DNA from: Vibrio alginolyticus NBRC 15630 = ATCC 17749
GTDB taxonomy: Bacteria; Pseudomonadota; Gammaproteobacteria; Enterobacterales; Vibrionaceae
Assembly: GCF_000354175.2 (NCBI RefSeq)
Contig: NC_022349.1
Location: forward strand, 3,180,001-3,212,000
Direction of reading: 5' to 3'
DNA: 32,000 bases
This document shows positions 10,341 to 17,507 of this stretch, one piece after another; position 1 is the first letter of the stretch, and each line of letters opens with the position of its first letter. The translations under genes and the position numbers were made by a program. The notes under the pieces were generated by a model, which was not told the DNA's origin, did not search any database, and worked only from the letters and a program-made list of their open reading frames with translations.

Positions 10341-11750
10341 ATGGACAAATTTTTTAAGGTTTCAGCGTTAACCGCAGCAATGTTTGGTGTTGTTGCTGTC
10401 GCTCCAGCTACAGCGTCTACTGAAAGTGCAGCAGGTGGCGAGTACGTAGAGAAAGTGAACGAATTTATGCAAGACTCAAGTCTGAATGCATTATTCATAG
10501 TTGATACTCGTTCACGAACTCGTACAACAGGTAAGCCCGGCGGTGAAAATGGTGACCGTTGGAGTCGTCTAAACTACTCTTCTTACAACGCAATTTTAGA
10601 CTTCACTTCTGGCTACCACGATGGTTGGGTGGGCGCTGATGTTGCGGCTTACTACTCTGGCGATCTTTACAACGATAGTCTTTACAATTCAAACGAAGGC
10701 TACCTATGTAACGAAATCTCAACTTGTAACAACCTAGACTGGGGTGCAGGTGATGGTCAGCAGCTTAAAGTTTACAAAGCAGCGCTGAAATTCAAAGCAA
10801 ACGAAAACTTTAATGCTCGTTTCGGTATGTTACAGGCTGGTGGTAACGGTACAATCGGTAACGTTTGGAGCTTTGTACCTGGTACTTACCGTGGTTTCGA
10901 ACTAAACGCTAAACTTGGTGATTTCAACCTAAGCTACTTTGGCGCAGACCAATTTACAGCACCTTGGCTGCTTCACGAAGATGATTACGCACCAGCGCTT
11001 TGGTCTGACACTTCATGGAGCTACCTACACTCTCTAGGCCTAAACGGTAACCTAACTGACAGCTTGTTTATGCAACTTGGTTTGGGTCAAGCTACTGGCG
11101 TTCAATATGCAAATGGTGTTGACTGGGGTGCAGGTCAAGTAACTAGCTACCACAACGAAACTGACAACACTTCTTACAAGGCTTACTTGAAGTACACTGT
11201 TAGTGACCGTACAACTCTAGCATTTGATTTCTACGGTGTTGACGATGATGTGAAATACGATGGTCTAGGTTTCCACACTGGTCTATCTTTGAATCAATCT
11301 TTCGGCAAGCTAGCTTGGATGTCTGAGTTGCGCTACACAGACACAGATAACCGTGCGGACTTCGTTCCTCGTACTATTCATACATATGGTATGAACAATG
11401 GTACTTGGTCTCAGTGGTGGGACGCGCTGTCTGACTGGAACAAAGCGGGTGAGCTAGCATGGTACAACCGTCTATCTTACAACCAAGGTAACGGCTGGAA
11501 CTACTACCTAGGCTTTGGTTACGGTACTGGCGCTGACTCTGCAGCAAGCGGAGCATCAGGTGACTGGGATTACGAAAGCGAATACGCAGTTAACGCAACA
11601 GTATCTTACTCACTACAAAGTGGCGCGCTTAAAGGTTCTACCATTCGTTTACACGGTACAATCCTAGAACGTGATGAGTACGCAGGTGCTGGCGATGCGG
11701 ATGAAACAGACTTACGTCTACAAGTTCTTATCCCTTACAGCTTCCACTAA
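10341..11750 (+). CDS. chiP: OprD-family outer-membrane porin, E. coli ChiP (YbfM)-like chitooligosaccharide porin candidate
   Basis: 469 aa with signal peptide ...APATAST. Several blocks align with remembered E. coli ChiP (468 aa). Examples are FMQDSSLNALFIVDTRSRTR, ILDFTSGY, VYKAALKFK, WSFVPGTYRGFE, TAPW, WSQWWDALSDWN and the C-terminal LRLQVLIPYSFH beta-barrel terminus. Substrate specificity is inferred only. Confidence 0.75.
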   Translation: MDKFFKVSALTAAMFGVVAVAPATASTESAAGGEYVEKVNEFMQDSSLNALFIVDTRSRTRTTGKPGGENGDRWSRLNYSSYNAILDFTSGYHDGWVGADVAAYYSGDLYNDSLYNSNEGYLCNEISTCNNLDWGAGDGQQLKVYKAALKFKANENFNARFGMLQAGGNGTIGNVWSFVPGTYRGFELNAKLGDFNLSYFGADQFTAPWLLHEDDYAPALWSDTSWSYLHSLGLNGNLTDSLFMQLGLGQATGVQYANGVDWGAGQVTSYHNETDNTSYKAYLKYTVSDRTTLAFDFYGVDDDVKYDGLGFHTGLSLNQSFGKLAWMSELRYTDTDNRADFVPRTIHTYGMNNGTWSQWWDALSDWNKAGELAWYNRLSYNQGNGWNYYLGFGYGTGADSAASGASGDWDYESEYAVNATVSYSLQSGALKGSTIRLHGTILERDEYAGAGDADETDLRLQVLIPYSFH

Positions 11751-11766
11751 TACTTAATTAGATAAT

Positions 11767-11791
11767 AAAAGGAGCCGCTAGGCTCCTTTTC
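11767..11791. terminator. bidirectional terminator between the porin gene and the convergent small-peptide gene
   Basis: AAAA-GGAGCC-gcta-GGCTCC-TTTT. Confidence 0.8.
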
Positions 11792-11973
11792 TATTTCACT
11801 TCTCGGCCGTCGTATATTTTGCAATATAACGGTGGCAACATATGTACATTACCGTTTGGCAACTCACACTTTATCTCTGGGCCTAACGTACGACCACCGG
11901 ATGCACCATTAGCATGAGTGGTTAACGGAATTATGGCAAAAGATATTACTAATAGACCAGATAAAAATCTCAT
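11791..11973 (-). CDS. small secreted two-cysteine peptide (paralogue 1), unknown function
   Basis: 60 aa from ATG 11973, with SD AAGGTG 6 nt upstream. The track's start at 11982 is a GTG. The product is MRFLSGLLVISFAIIPLTTHA|NGASGGRTLGPEIKCELPNGNVHMLPPLYCKIYDGREVK, where | marks the predicted signal-peptide cleavage site. It has a signal peptide and a C-x14-C loop, and a terminator follows immediately after the stop. Confidence 0.6.
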   Translation of the reverse strand: MRFLSGLLVISFAIIPLTTHANGASGGRTLGPEIKCELPNGNVHMLPPLYCKIYDGREVK

Positions 11974-12086
11974 AATAATCACCTTAATATAAACTTTAAA
12001 TATCTACGTGCTTGTATAAACCGTGACTACGCAGAAAGGCAAGGTTGAATAGGGCTATTATATCAAACTAAGCTCTTACTTCTTTA

Positions 12087-12266
12087 CTATTCCCATTCCC
12101 CACCTCTAAATCGACACATTTCACTTGGAATATTCGTAACGTCGCCACTTGGCATCTTACATTCGACTATAGGTCCCAAATTAGTTGTACCGCCGTTTCC
12201 GTTGTTGTAGGCAAAGGAAGAAAAAGAAAAAATACCGCACAACATTAAAAAGAGAAGCTTATTCAT
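12087..12266 (-). CDS. small secreted two-cysteine peptide (paralogue 2), not in the ORF track (59 aa)
   Basis: Hand translation of the minus strand gives ATG at 12266-12264, preceded by the SD AAGAGGA. The product is MNKLLFLMLCGIFSFSSFA|YNNGNGGTTNLGPIVECKMPSGDVTNIPSEMCRFRGGEWE, ending at TAG 12089-12087. It aligns without gaps to paralogue 1 across LGP..C..P.G.V...P...C....G. Confidence 0.6.
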   Translation of the reverse strand: MNKLLFLMLCGIFSFSSFAYNNGNGGTTNLGPIVECKMPSGDVTNIPSEMCRFRGGEWE

Positions 12267-12590
12267 AGTACATCCTCTTACTTACCAAATAAAAAGCACT
12301 CAACTTAAATGCTTATGCGTTAAGTATGTATCCGAGGATAAAAAGATCAAAAAATAATTCAATAAAGTTTTATTTTTTAAAATAAATTTAGATCGATAAT
12401 TTACCTAGATATATTTCTATCTTATTGATTGTCGTGTGTTGAATAATTAAATAATAGGAAATGGTAGGTAGGGTATTAATAATATTACTAATACTTATTT
12501 TTTTCTCGATTTTAATTAAGGTAATGAAATGAAAGCAGTTGTTTAGATTAAAGTAATGGAGCATGATTTGCCCCATTACTTTGGCATAAA

Positions 12591-13052
12591 TTAATTAGAA
12601 TCAGGCTCAATGATTAAAATAATACCTTCAACATCGGTGATTCTTACGCGGGTACCGGCTGGAAGTGCTTGATCCGATTGTGCGGACCATGTGGTATCGG
12701 CTACCTTGATGCGATTGAGCCCGACGGAAAAGTCTTCTTCAAGGATAAGAGTACGCCCAATTAACTGCTTGTACTTTTGGTTCAGATCTCTTTCTTGGTC
12801 TTCTTGCTTGTCTTTAGACCATTGTCGTCGCCACCAAAGCCAGGTGGTGATTAAGCTGAAGCTTGCAAAGCAAAGCCATTGCAATTGCCAGCTCATTGGC
12901 AAAACGGTCATGAGTGCTCCAACGATAAGTGCAGACATCCCGAGCCAGAGAAAATACCCTGCGGTACCAAGTAGCTCAACTGCTAAAAGAGCAAAGCCAA
13001 ACGCTAGCCAATGCCAGAAAGAGATACCTTCCAACAAACTAAAAAAGTCCAT
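12591..13052 (-). CDS. ybbJ: NfeD-family membrane protein (YbbJ-like)
   Basis: 153 aa. It has N-terminal TM helices and a C-terminal OB-like soluble domain (GRTLILEEDFSVGLNRIKVADTTWSAQSD...RVRITDVEGIILIIE). It starts 3 nt downstream of the SPFH gene, which is the classic nfeD-SPFH pairing. Confidence 0.85.
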   Translation of the reverse strand: MDFFSLLEGISFWHWLAFGFALLAVELLGTAGYFLWLGMSALIVGALMTVLPMSWQLQWLCFASFSLITTWLWWRRQWSKDKQEDQERDLNQKYKQLIGRTLILEEDFSVGLNRIKVADTTWSAQSDQALPAGTRVRITDVEGIILIIEPDSN

Positions 13053-13055
13053 AAA

Positions 13056-13973
13056 TTATTCTTTATCTTGCTGTTTAAACATTTCTGCTATCCCTGCAAC
13101 CGAGCCCATTAGTCCGGTTGCTTCTAATGGAAGCATAATGATTTTACCATTTTCGGCTTGACCAATGCTCTTGATCGCTTCGGTATAACCCTGTGCAATG
13201 AAGTAATTGACGGCTTGCATGTCACCTTTTGCAATGGCTTCGGAAACCATGTAAGTCGCTTTTGCTTCTGCTTGCGCGGCACGCTCACGTGCTTCTGCAT
13301 GGAGAATAGCAGACTGCTTTTCGCCTTCAGCTTTTAATATCTCTGATTGTTTATGACCTTCGGCCTTTAATATCTCAGCTTGGCGAACCCCTTCTGCTTC
13401 AAGAATTTCCGCACGCTTATTACGCTCGGCTTTCATTTGCGCATTCATTGCAGCGGTCAGATCGGCTGGTGGCTGGACATCTTTAATCTCAATTCGTGTG
13501 ACTTTTACGCCCCAAGGGTTTGTTGCTTGGTCAACAATCGCCAACAGCTTAGAGTTGATCATGTCGCGTTGGCTCAGCATTTCGTCCAGTTCCATTGAAC
13601 CTAAAACGGTACGAATGTTCGTAAGGGTCAAGTTTCTAATAGCGTGTTCTAAGTCGTTGACTTCATAAGCCGCTTTTGCAGCATCGATCACTTGAACAAA
13701 TCCGACAGCGTCAATAACCACGTTAGCGTTATCTTTTGAAATGACCTCTTGCGCAGGAATATCGAGAACGCGCTCCATCATGTTTACTTTTTGACCAACT
13801 TTATCAACGAATGGAATGATCAAGTTTAAACCCGGCTTTAATGTGTGGGTGTAGCGTCCGAAGCGTTCAACTGTCCAGTTGTTTCCTTGCGGAACCGTTT
13901 TAATGGCTGAAGATAAGATAACGACAGCAAGAACGACGAAAATACCGATGGTGATCAGTGAATCAATTGGCAT
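13056..13973 (-). CDS. qmcA: SPFH/band-7 (stomatin-like) protein QmcA
   Basis: 305 aa. It has an N-terminal TM anchor followed by SPFH-domain blocks ERFGRY...[21 protein letters not shown]...[15 protein letters not shown] and [12 protein letters not shown]. It also has an alanine/glutamate-rich coiled region. Confidence 0.9.
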   Translation of the reverse strand: MPIDSLITIGIFVVLAVVILSSAIKTVPQGNNWTVERFGRYTHTLKPGLNLIIPFVDKVGQKVNMMERVLDIPAQEVISKDNANVVIDAVGFVQVIDAAKAAYEVNDLEHAIRNLTLTNIRTVLGSMELDEMLSQRDMINSKLLAIVDQATNPWGVKVTRIEIKDVQPPADLTAAMNAQMKAERNKRAEILEAEGVRQAEILKAEGHKQSEILKAEGEKQSAILHAEARERAAQAEAKATYMVSEAIAKGDMQAVNYFIAQGYTEAIKSIGQAENGKIIMLPLEATGLMGSVAGIAEMFKQQDKE

Positions 13974-14075
13974 GAGTTATTCCCTTAAGTGCATAATATT
14001 CGATCCATTTTTACCTATTTATAGACAATAGACAATTGAAGTTCTGAGACCTTTGAGAGGTTATTGGTTTTTTAT

Positions 14076-14108
14076 ATGACAAAGGCCGGAAACACCGGCC
14101 TTTGTCAT
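14076..14108. repeat. palindromic hairpin, left copy of a 27-nt repeat bracketing the bcs locus
   Basis: ATGACAAAGGCCGG-aaaca-CCGGCCTTTGTCAT forms a 14-bp stem. The core at 14079-14105, ACAAAGGCCGGAAACACCGGCCTTTGT, is 25/27 identical to 28737-28763. No U-tract follows it in the bcsG direction. Confidence 0.85.
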
Positions 14109-14126
14109 TGCATGGTTTTACTCTCG

Positions 14127-15752
14127 CTATTTTGCGGGGTATTCAATCCAACTTGAACCATCAAGAGAAACATAATATTTCCCTTGTACTTCAATCACAG
14201 TAGAGCCTGAGTTCTGCGCGACAACTCGTGTTTCTGGTAGGTTCTCTGTCAATATTGAAGGGCTAAACGTCTTACTTTGATAAATGTTTTTATCCAGGAT
14301 ATTCGAAACGAGCTGCGACAATGCCAGATAGCTAGATGGCTCGCTTACGTGTTCGGTGTCGCCCTGACGCTGAATTCCTTCTCCGAAGATTTTAATTCCT
14401 ACCGGTGTATGAATGATTGTCGGTGCAGGAATTTCTCGCATACCCGAAATTTGCATGCGGTCTCCTCGCATACCACCACCATGTTCTGGTACCAAAGCGA
14501 CAACGATGTTGCGTTTTGAGGACTCTAAGGTTTTAAAGAACGCGTGGAGATCATCAAGCAAATTCTTAAGGCGCATTTTGTAGCTAGCAATAGATGTGCT
14601 TGAATTCGCATTGATGATCCTGTTGCCATCATGTAGTGAAATTGAGTTGTAGAGTGCCACGACTTTGTCGTCACTACTGTTAAGTCTTTGCTGCCACCAG
14701 TTATCCAATACTTGCTTATCGCGGAAGATCGAAGAGCCATCAAAAGATTTTTGGTAAGGAGTTAAGTCTTCTTGAGACATAAGAGCCGCTTGTAAGTCGC
14801 CGTCTTTTTTGATCAATTCAAGGAAGCTATCAAAGACACCATTGTGGTTCATCAGTAAATTTTCTGTGAAGCCTAGTTCTTTCAAACTTTCGAACAAGTA
14901 GCACTGCTTTGATGGTGCTGGCTGGAACAGTTGACTGTGTTCCTGTTGACCACAATTGGCTCGTAACAGACGAATGACCGCAGGCCCGCTGTATGACGTT
15001 GCAGAGCTAAAGTTGTCGAACATGATGTCAAATTCTTTGAATAGAGGATGATCGGCCAGTCCTGCAATTTCGATGTCATCCCACGCGACCGAGCAAATAC
15101 TCAAGAACAACAAATCGAAAGGAGCATCCATTGCGCTGTTGGTATCGAATGCCACACGTCGAGAAGCTTCTTTAGAAAAGAAATCTGCAGTTAACGTGTT
15201 GAGACTGGCATCATTAATTTCCGTTATTTGAGGTTGTTTGCTAGCAGTAACCTCGGTTGTCGGCTGTTGTTGAGCTACTTCTGCAGCCACTGTTGTCTGA
15301 GGTTCAGTCGTCATAGGAATACTTATATAGACCATCGCAATAACCACAAAGACTGAAACTCTAACGAACTTGCTCAAAATAAAGTACGCACCACACAAAG
15401 CGAGCAATCCGAGTATTGCTTGGAATGATAAAAATCGTCCCAAAAGCTCGACCAGATAACTCAATTCAAACTGCATTAACTGTCCCGCTTGAGCCCAAAG
15501 ACGGTCTAGAGGAGGTAGGTAAGAATCGTAATGCAAGAGCCACGCTGCGGCGACAAATACAACGATATGACGTACCGCATTTAGGCTTTTCATCGAGATA
15601 GGAAGCAGGATGAAGATCAACAGCGCAAAGTTTTCTATTGGATGGAAATCGATGATTCCTTGAAAATAGAGCGCTGTTTTTGCGATAAAGTAAATATTCC
15701 ACCAGCCCAATCCTATAGTAGAGGGGGTAGAGTCATGAGAGTGCGATATCAT
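14127..15752 (-). CDS. bcsG: cellulose biosynthesis protein BcsG (phosphoethanolamine transferase)
   Basis: 541 aa. It has N-terminal TM helices (GWWNIYFIAKTALYFQGIIDFHP) and a periplasmic alkaline-phosphatase-like domain. That domain contains FDLLFLSICSVAWDDIE, the catalytic-Ser motif NFSSATSYSGPAVIRLLRANCGQ, and LVPEHGGGMRGDRMQISGMREIP. It is collinear with remembered E. coli BcsG. Confidence 0.93.
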   Translation of the reverse strand: MISHSHDSTPSTIGLGWWNIYFIAKTALYFQGIIDFHPIENFALLIFILLPISMKSLNAVRHIVVFVAAAWLLHYDSYLPPLDRLWAQAGQLMQFELSYLVELLGRFLSFQAILGLLALCGAYFILSKFVRVSVFVVIAMVYISIPMTTEPQTTVAAEVAQQQPTTEVTASKQPQITEINDASLNTLTADFFSKEASRRVAFDTNSAMDAPFDLLFLSICSVAWDDIEIAGLADHPLFKEFDIMFDNFSSATSYSGPAVIRLLRANCGQQEHSQLFQPAPSKQCYLFESLKELGFTENLLMNHNGVFDSFLELIKKDGDLQAALMSQEDLTPYQKSFDGSSIFRDKQVLDNWWQQRLNSSDDKVVALYNSISLHDGNRIINANSSTSIASYKMRLKNLLDDLHAFFKTLESSKRNIVVALVPEHGGGMRGDRMQISGMREIPAPTIIHTPVGIKIFGEGIQRQGDTEHVSEPSSYLALSQLVSNILDKNIYQSKTFSPSILTENLPETRVVAQNSGSTVIEVQGKYYVSLDGSSWIEYPAK

Positions 15753-15928
15753 TACTTAAGCTTCTTAGTATTAGTGGCTGATGTATCTAGCTCAAAATAG
15801 CGCGAGCGTTTTAAGTGCTTGTGGTAAAAGCGTCGGGTAGCGTTTACTAGGTCACGGATAAAGTATCCTAGGAGTAGGCCAATACCTGAGCTGATAATCA
15901 CGGTCAGTAAAAAATCGTTAATATTCAT
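15752..15928 (-). CDS. bcsF: cellulose biosynthesis protein BcsF (small single-pass membrane protein), not in the ORF track
   Basis: Hand translation gives MNINDFLLTVIISSGIGLLLGYFIRDLVNATRRFYHKHLKRSRYFELDTSATNTKKLK, 58 aa. It has one N-terminal TM helix and a basic tail, like 63-aa E. coli BcsF. Its ATG overlaps the bcsE stop (ATGA) and its TAA overlaps the bcsG ATG (TAATG). Confidence 0.8.
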   Translation of the reverse strand: MNINDFLLTVIISSGIGLLLGYFIRDLVNATRRFYHKHLKRSRYFELDTSATNTKKLK

Positions 15929-17277
15929 GAACGCTCCTTGAGCTCGATGGTTTTTTTCACAGCAAACAAAGGAGGAACATCAGTAATGGAGTTAGTGGCG
16001 GTATGGAATATTTTCCTCTCTGTCGCCAGAGCTGAAACGTCGTCGGATATGACGGCTTCATCTTGAACGATGAATTTTAACTCTGTTTCGATATCTAATT
16101 GAGTATCAAACGTGTGAGTTGAATGAAATAAGTCTCTCACTGGGAACTCAAATATATTGTTGAGTGCAATATCAATATCGCTATGTCGAATAGCACTGAA
16201 CAAGACATATAGAGCTTTGTTGCAGGCTGTCACAACGTCGCCATCTCTTCGAATATGGCAAAGACGTAAACATTCCTCTGCCGTCATACCTGGTAATAAG
16301 TTCAGCTTGATAAGCGCAAAGTTCACATTTGAGTGTGTTGAGTGGGAAATGACGTCAATACAGTATTGGCTAAAGTCCTGGTTTTGTAAGTAGCCTTTGC
16401 TACCAAACTTAAGGTCATACTTTAAGAGCGCCTCTAAACTGTCAGGAATTGGGCGTGTAAGCATCTGGCCTTGAATTGCTTCAACCTGAGTCATAAAGCG
16501 CATTGGGGGGATTTGCGCGTGAGAAATGAAGTTTGCCCCCGAGCGAAGTAAGAACTTTTCATCTGCATATCTCAGACATTGTTGGGTCTCCCTGACAATA
16601 ATCTTTAGCTGACGGCCATACGCGGACCTTAAACGGTAGCAATCTAACGCGATCTGTTGAACTTCGCTTTGGTTATCACAGCTGAAAACAATAGTTGAAG
16701 AGCGAGGGTTGTCTAGCATCGCTATGAGTCCTTGATTGCTCTCTGCCACACGCATCCCTTTTGGGGCTTTCACGCTTTCTCTGAAAGCTCTTCTGCTGAC
16801 ATAGATTCTATCGCTATCCGATTTGTCTTCTGGCATGACATGAGATTGATGCGTTTCGTAAGACGTTGCTTTTAGTGTTTTATCTTTAGTTTTAGTGAGA
16901 ATGTATTCGTGTTGGGTAATTACACCGTGTTTATTGGACCAAAAATCCACAAGATAGCAGTAGCGAGCGTCATCTAATGATGTCATGGTCGCCAAACCTG
17001 CAATGTGTCTATTATGAGAAATAAGAATGGGCTTTAATAGTGAAGTCGTCAGATGCCCATATATACAAACACTAATAGTGACTTTTTTATTATTTGCCAG
17101 CTCATTTAAGCTTTGTAGAAAGACACTTATAAAATCATCATTAGTTGATGATAGTAGCGAGTCTGGAACAACTAATAGACATGTAGAAAACTTCTTTATG
17201 TTCGTTTGGTGAATGTCTTTAGCAAGATTTATAGCTTTGGGTGTTTTTTTTGTGAATTTATGACTAAGAAAAAACAC
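15925..17277 (-). CDS. bcsE: BcsE (GIL-domain c-di-GMP-binding cellulose secretion enhancer), main ORF that lacks its own ATG
   Basis: 450 codons. The RxGD motif RDGD lies at 16248-16237 within LRLCHIRRDGDVVTACNKALYVLFSAIRHSDIDIALNNIFEFP, which parallels E. coli RPNRTGD...LDTALNHIFPLP. The ORF opens at a GTG two codons after an in-frame TGA, and the coding sequence continues upstream in another frame (see findings). Confidence 0.85.
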   Translation of the reverse strand: MFFLSHKFTKKTPKAINLAKDIHQTNIKKFSTCLLVVPDSLLSSTNDDFISVFLQSLNELANNKKVTISVCIYGHLTTSLLKPILISHNRHIAGLATMTSLDDARYCYLVDFWSNKHGVITQHEYILTKTKDKTLKATSYETHQSHVMPEDKSDSDRIYVSRRAFRESVKAPKGMRVAESNQGLIAMLDNPRSSTIVFSCDNQSEVQQIALDCYRLRSAYGRQLKIIVRETQQCLRYADEKFLLRSGANFISHAQIPPMRFMTQVEAIQGQMLTRPIPDSLEALLKYDLKFGSKGYLQNQDFSQYCIDVISHSTHSNVNFALIKLNLLPGMTAEECLRLCHIRRDGDVVTACNKALYVLFSAIRHSDIDIALNNIFEFPVRDLFHSTHTFDTQLDIETELKFIVQDEAVISDDVSALATERKIFHTATNSITDVPPLFAVKKTIELKERS

Positions 17278-17507
17278 TGTTCAAGGTGGGTTTTAGATAA
17301 GTCATTGAATTTCATTAAGGCTTCATCATTCAATGTGGACAAAAAAGTTTCTTTGTCTGTAAAGCTTGTAAGTGAAGTGTTGTCATTTTCCGGTAGTGTA
17401 CTGAACAAATAATCAATAAGCATCTGTTTATGAGTAAATAAGTTTACATAAACAGAGTTTATCTCTCGTTCGTTTTTAATAGCAGATGATTCAGAGAGTG
17501 ATGACAT
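17229..17507 (-). CDS. bcsE: BcsE N-terminal fragment (92-codon ORF overlapping the main bcsE ORF in another frame)
   Basis: ATG at 17507 with an AAGG SD upstream. The ORF ends ...THLEQCFFLVINSQKKHPKL and overlaps the 450-codon ORF by 49 nt. A -1 shift at the A8 run (17244-17251) fuses the two into a product of about 527 aa, compared with 523 aa for E. coli BcsE. Confidence 0.6.
   Translation of the reverse strand: MSSLSESSAIKNEREINSVYVNLFTHKQMLIDYLFSTLPENDNTSLTSFTDKETFLSTLNDEALMKFNDLSKTHLEQCFFLVINSQKKHPKL

Noticed and set aside
12388-12576. 62-aa ORF in the AT-rich block
   Set aside because: The translation is low-complexity I/N/K/L-rich, as expected from random AT-rich DNA. It has no SD, no signal peptide and no resemblance to the neighbouring peptide paralogues.
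13974-14126. Integrase, transposase, IS ends or tRNA attachment site at the bcs borders (also 28731-28790)
   Set aside because: There are no coding remnants or terminal inverted repeats other than the 27-nt palindrome itself, and no tRNA gene is in the window. Mobility is therefore not demonstrated, only suggested by the repeat and by synteny.
17229-17283. Claiming programmed -1 ribosomal frameshifting in bcsE
   Set aside because: The A AAA AAA heptamer is present, but I see no SD-like stimulator about 10 nt upstream and no convincing downstream hairpin or pseudoknot. A homopolymer sequencing error or a real mutation is the simpler explanation. It is reported as an open question rather than as recoding.
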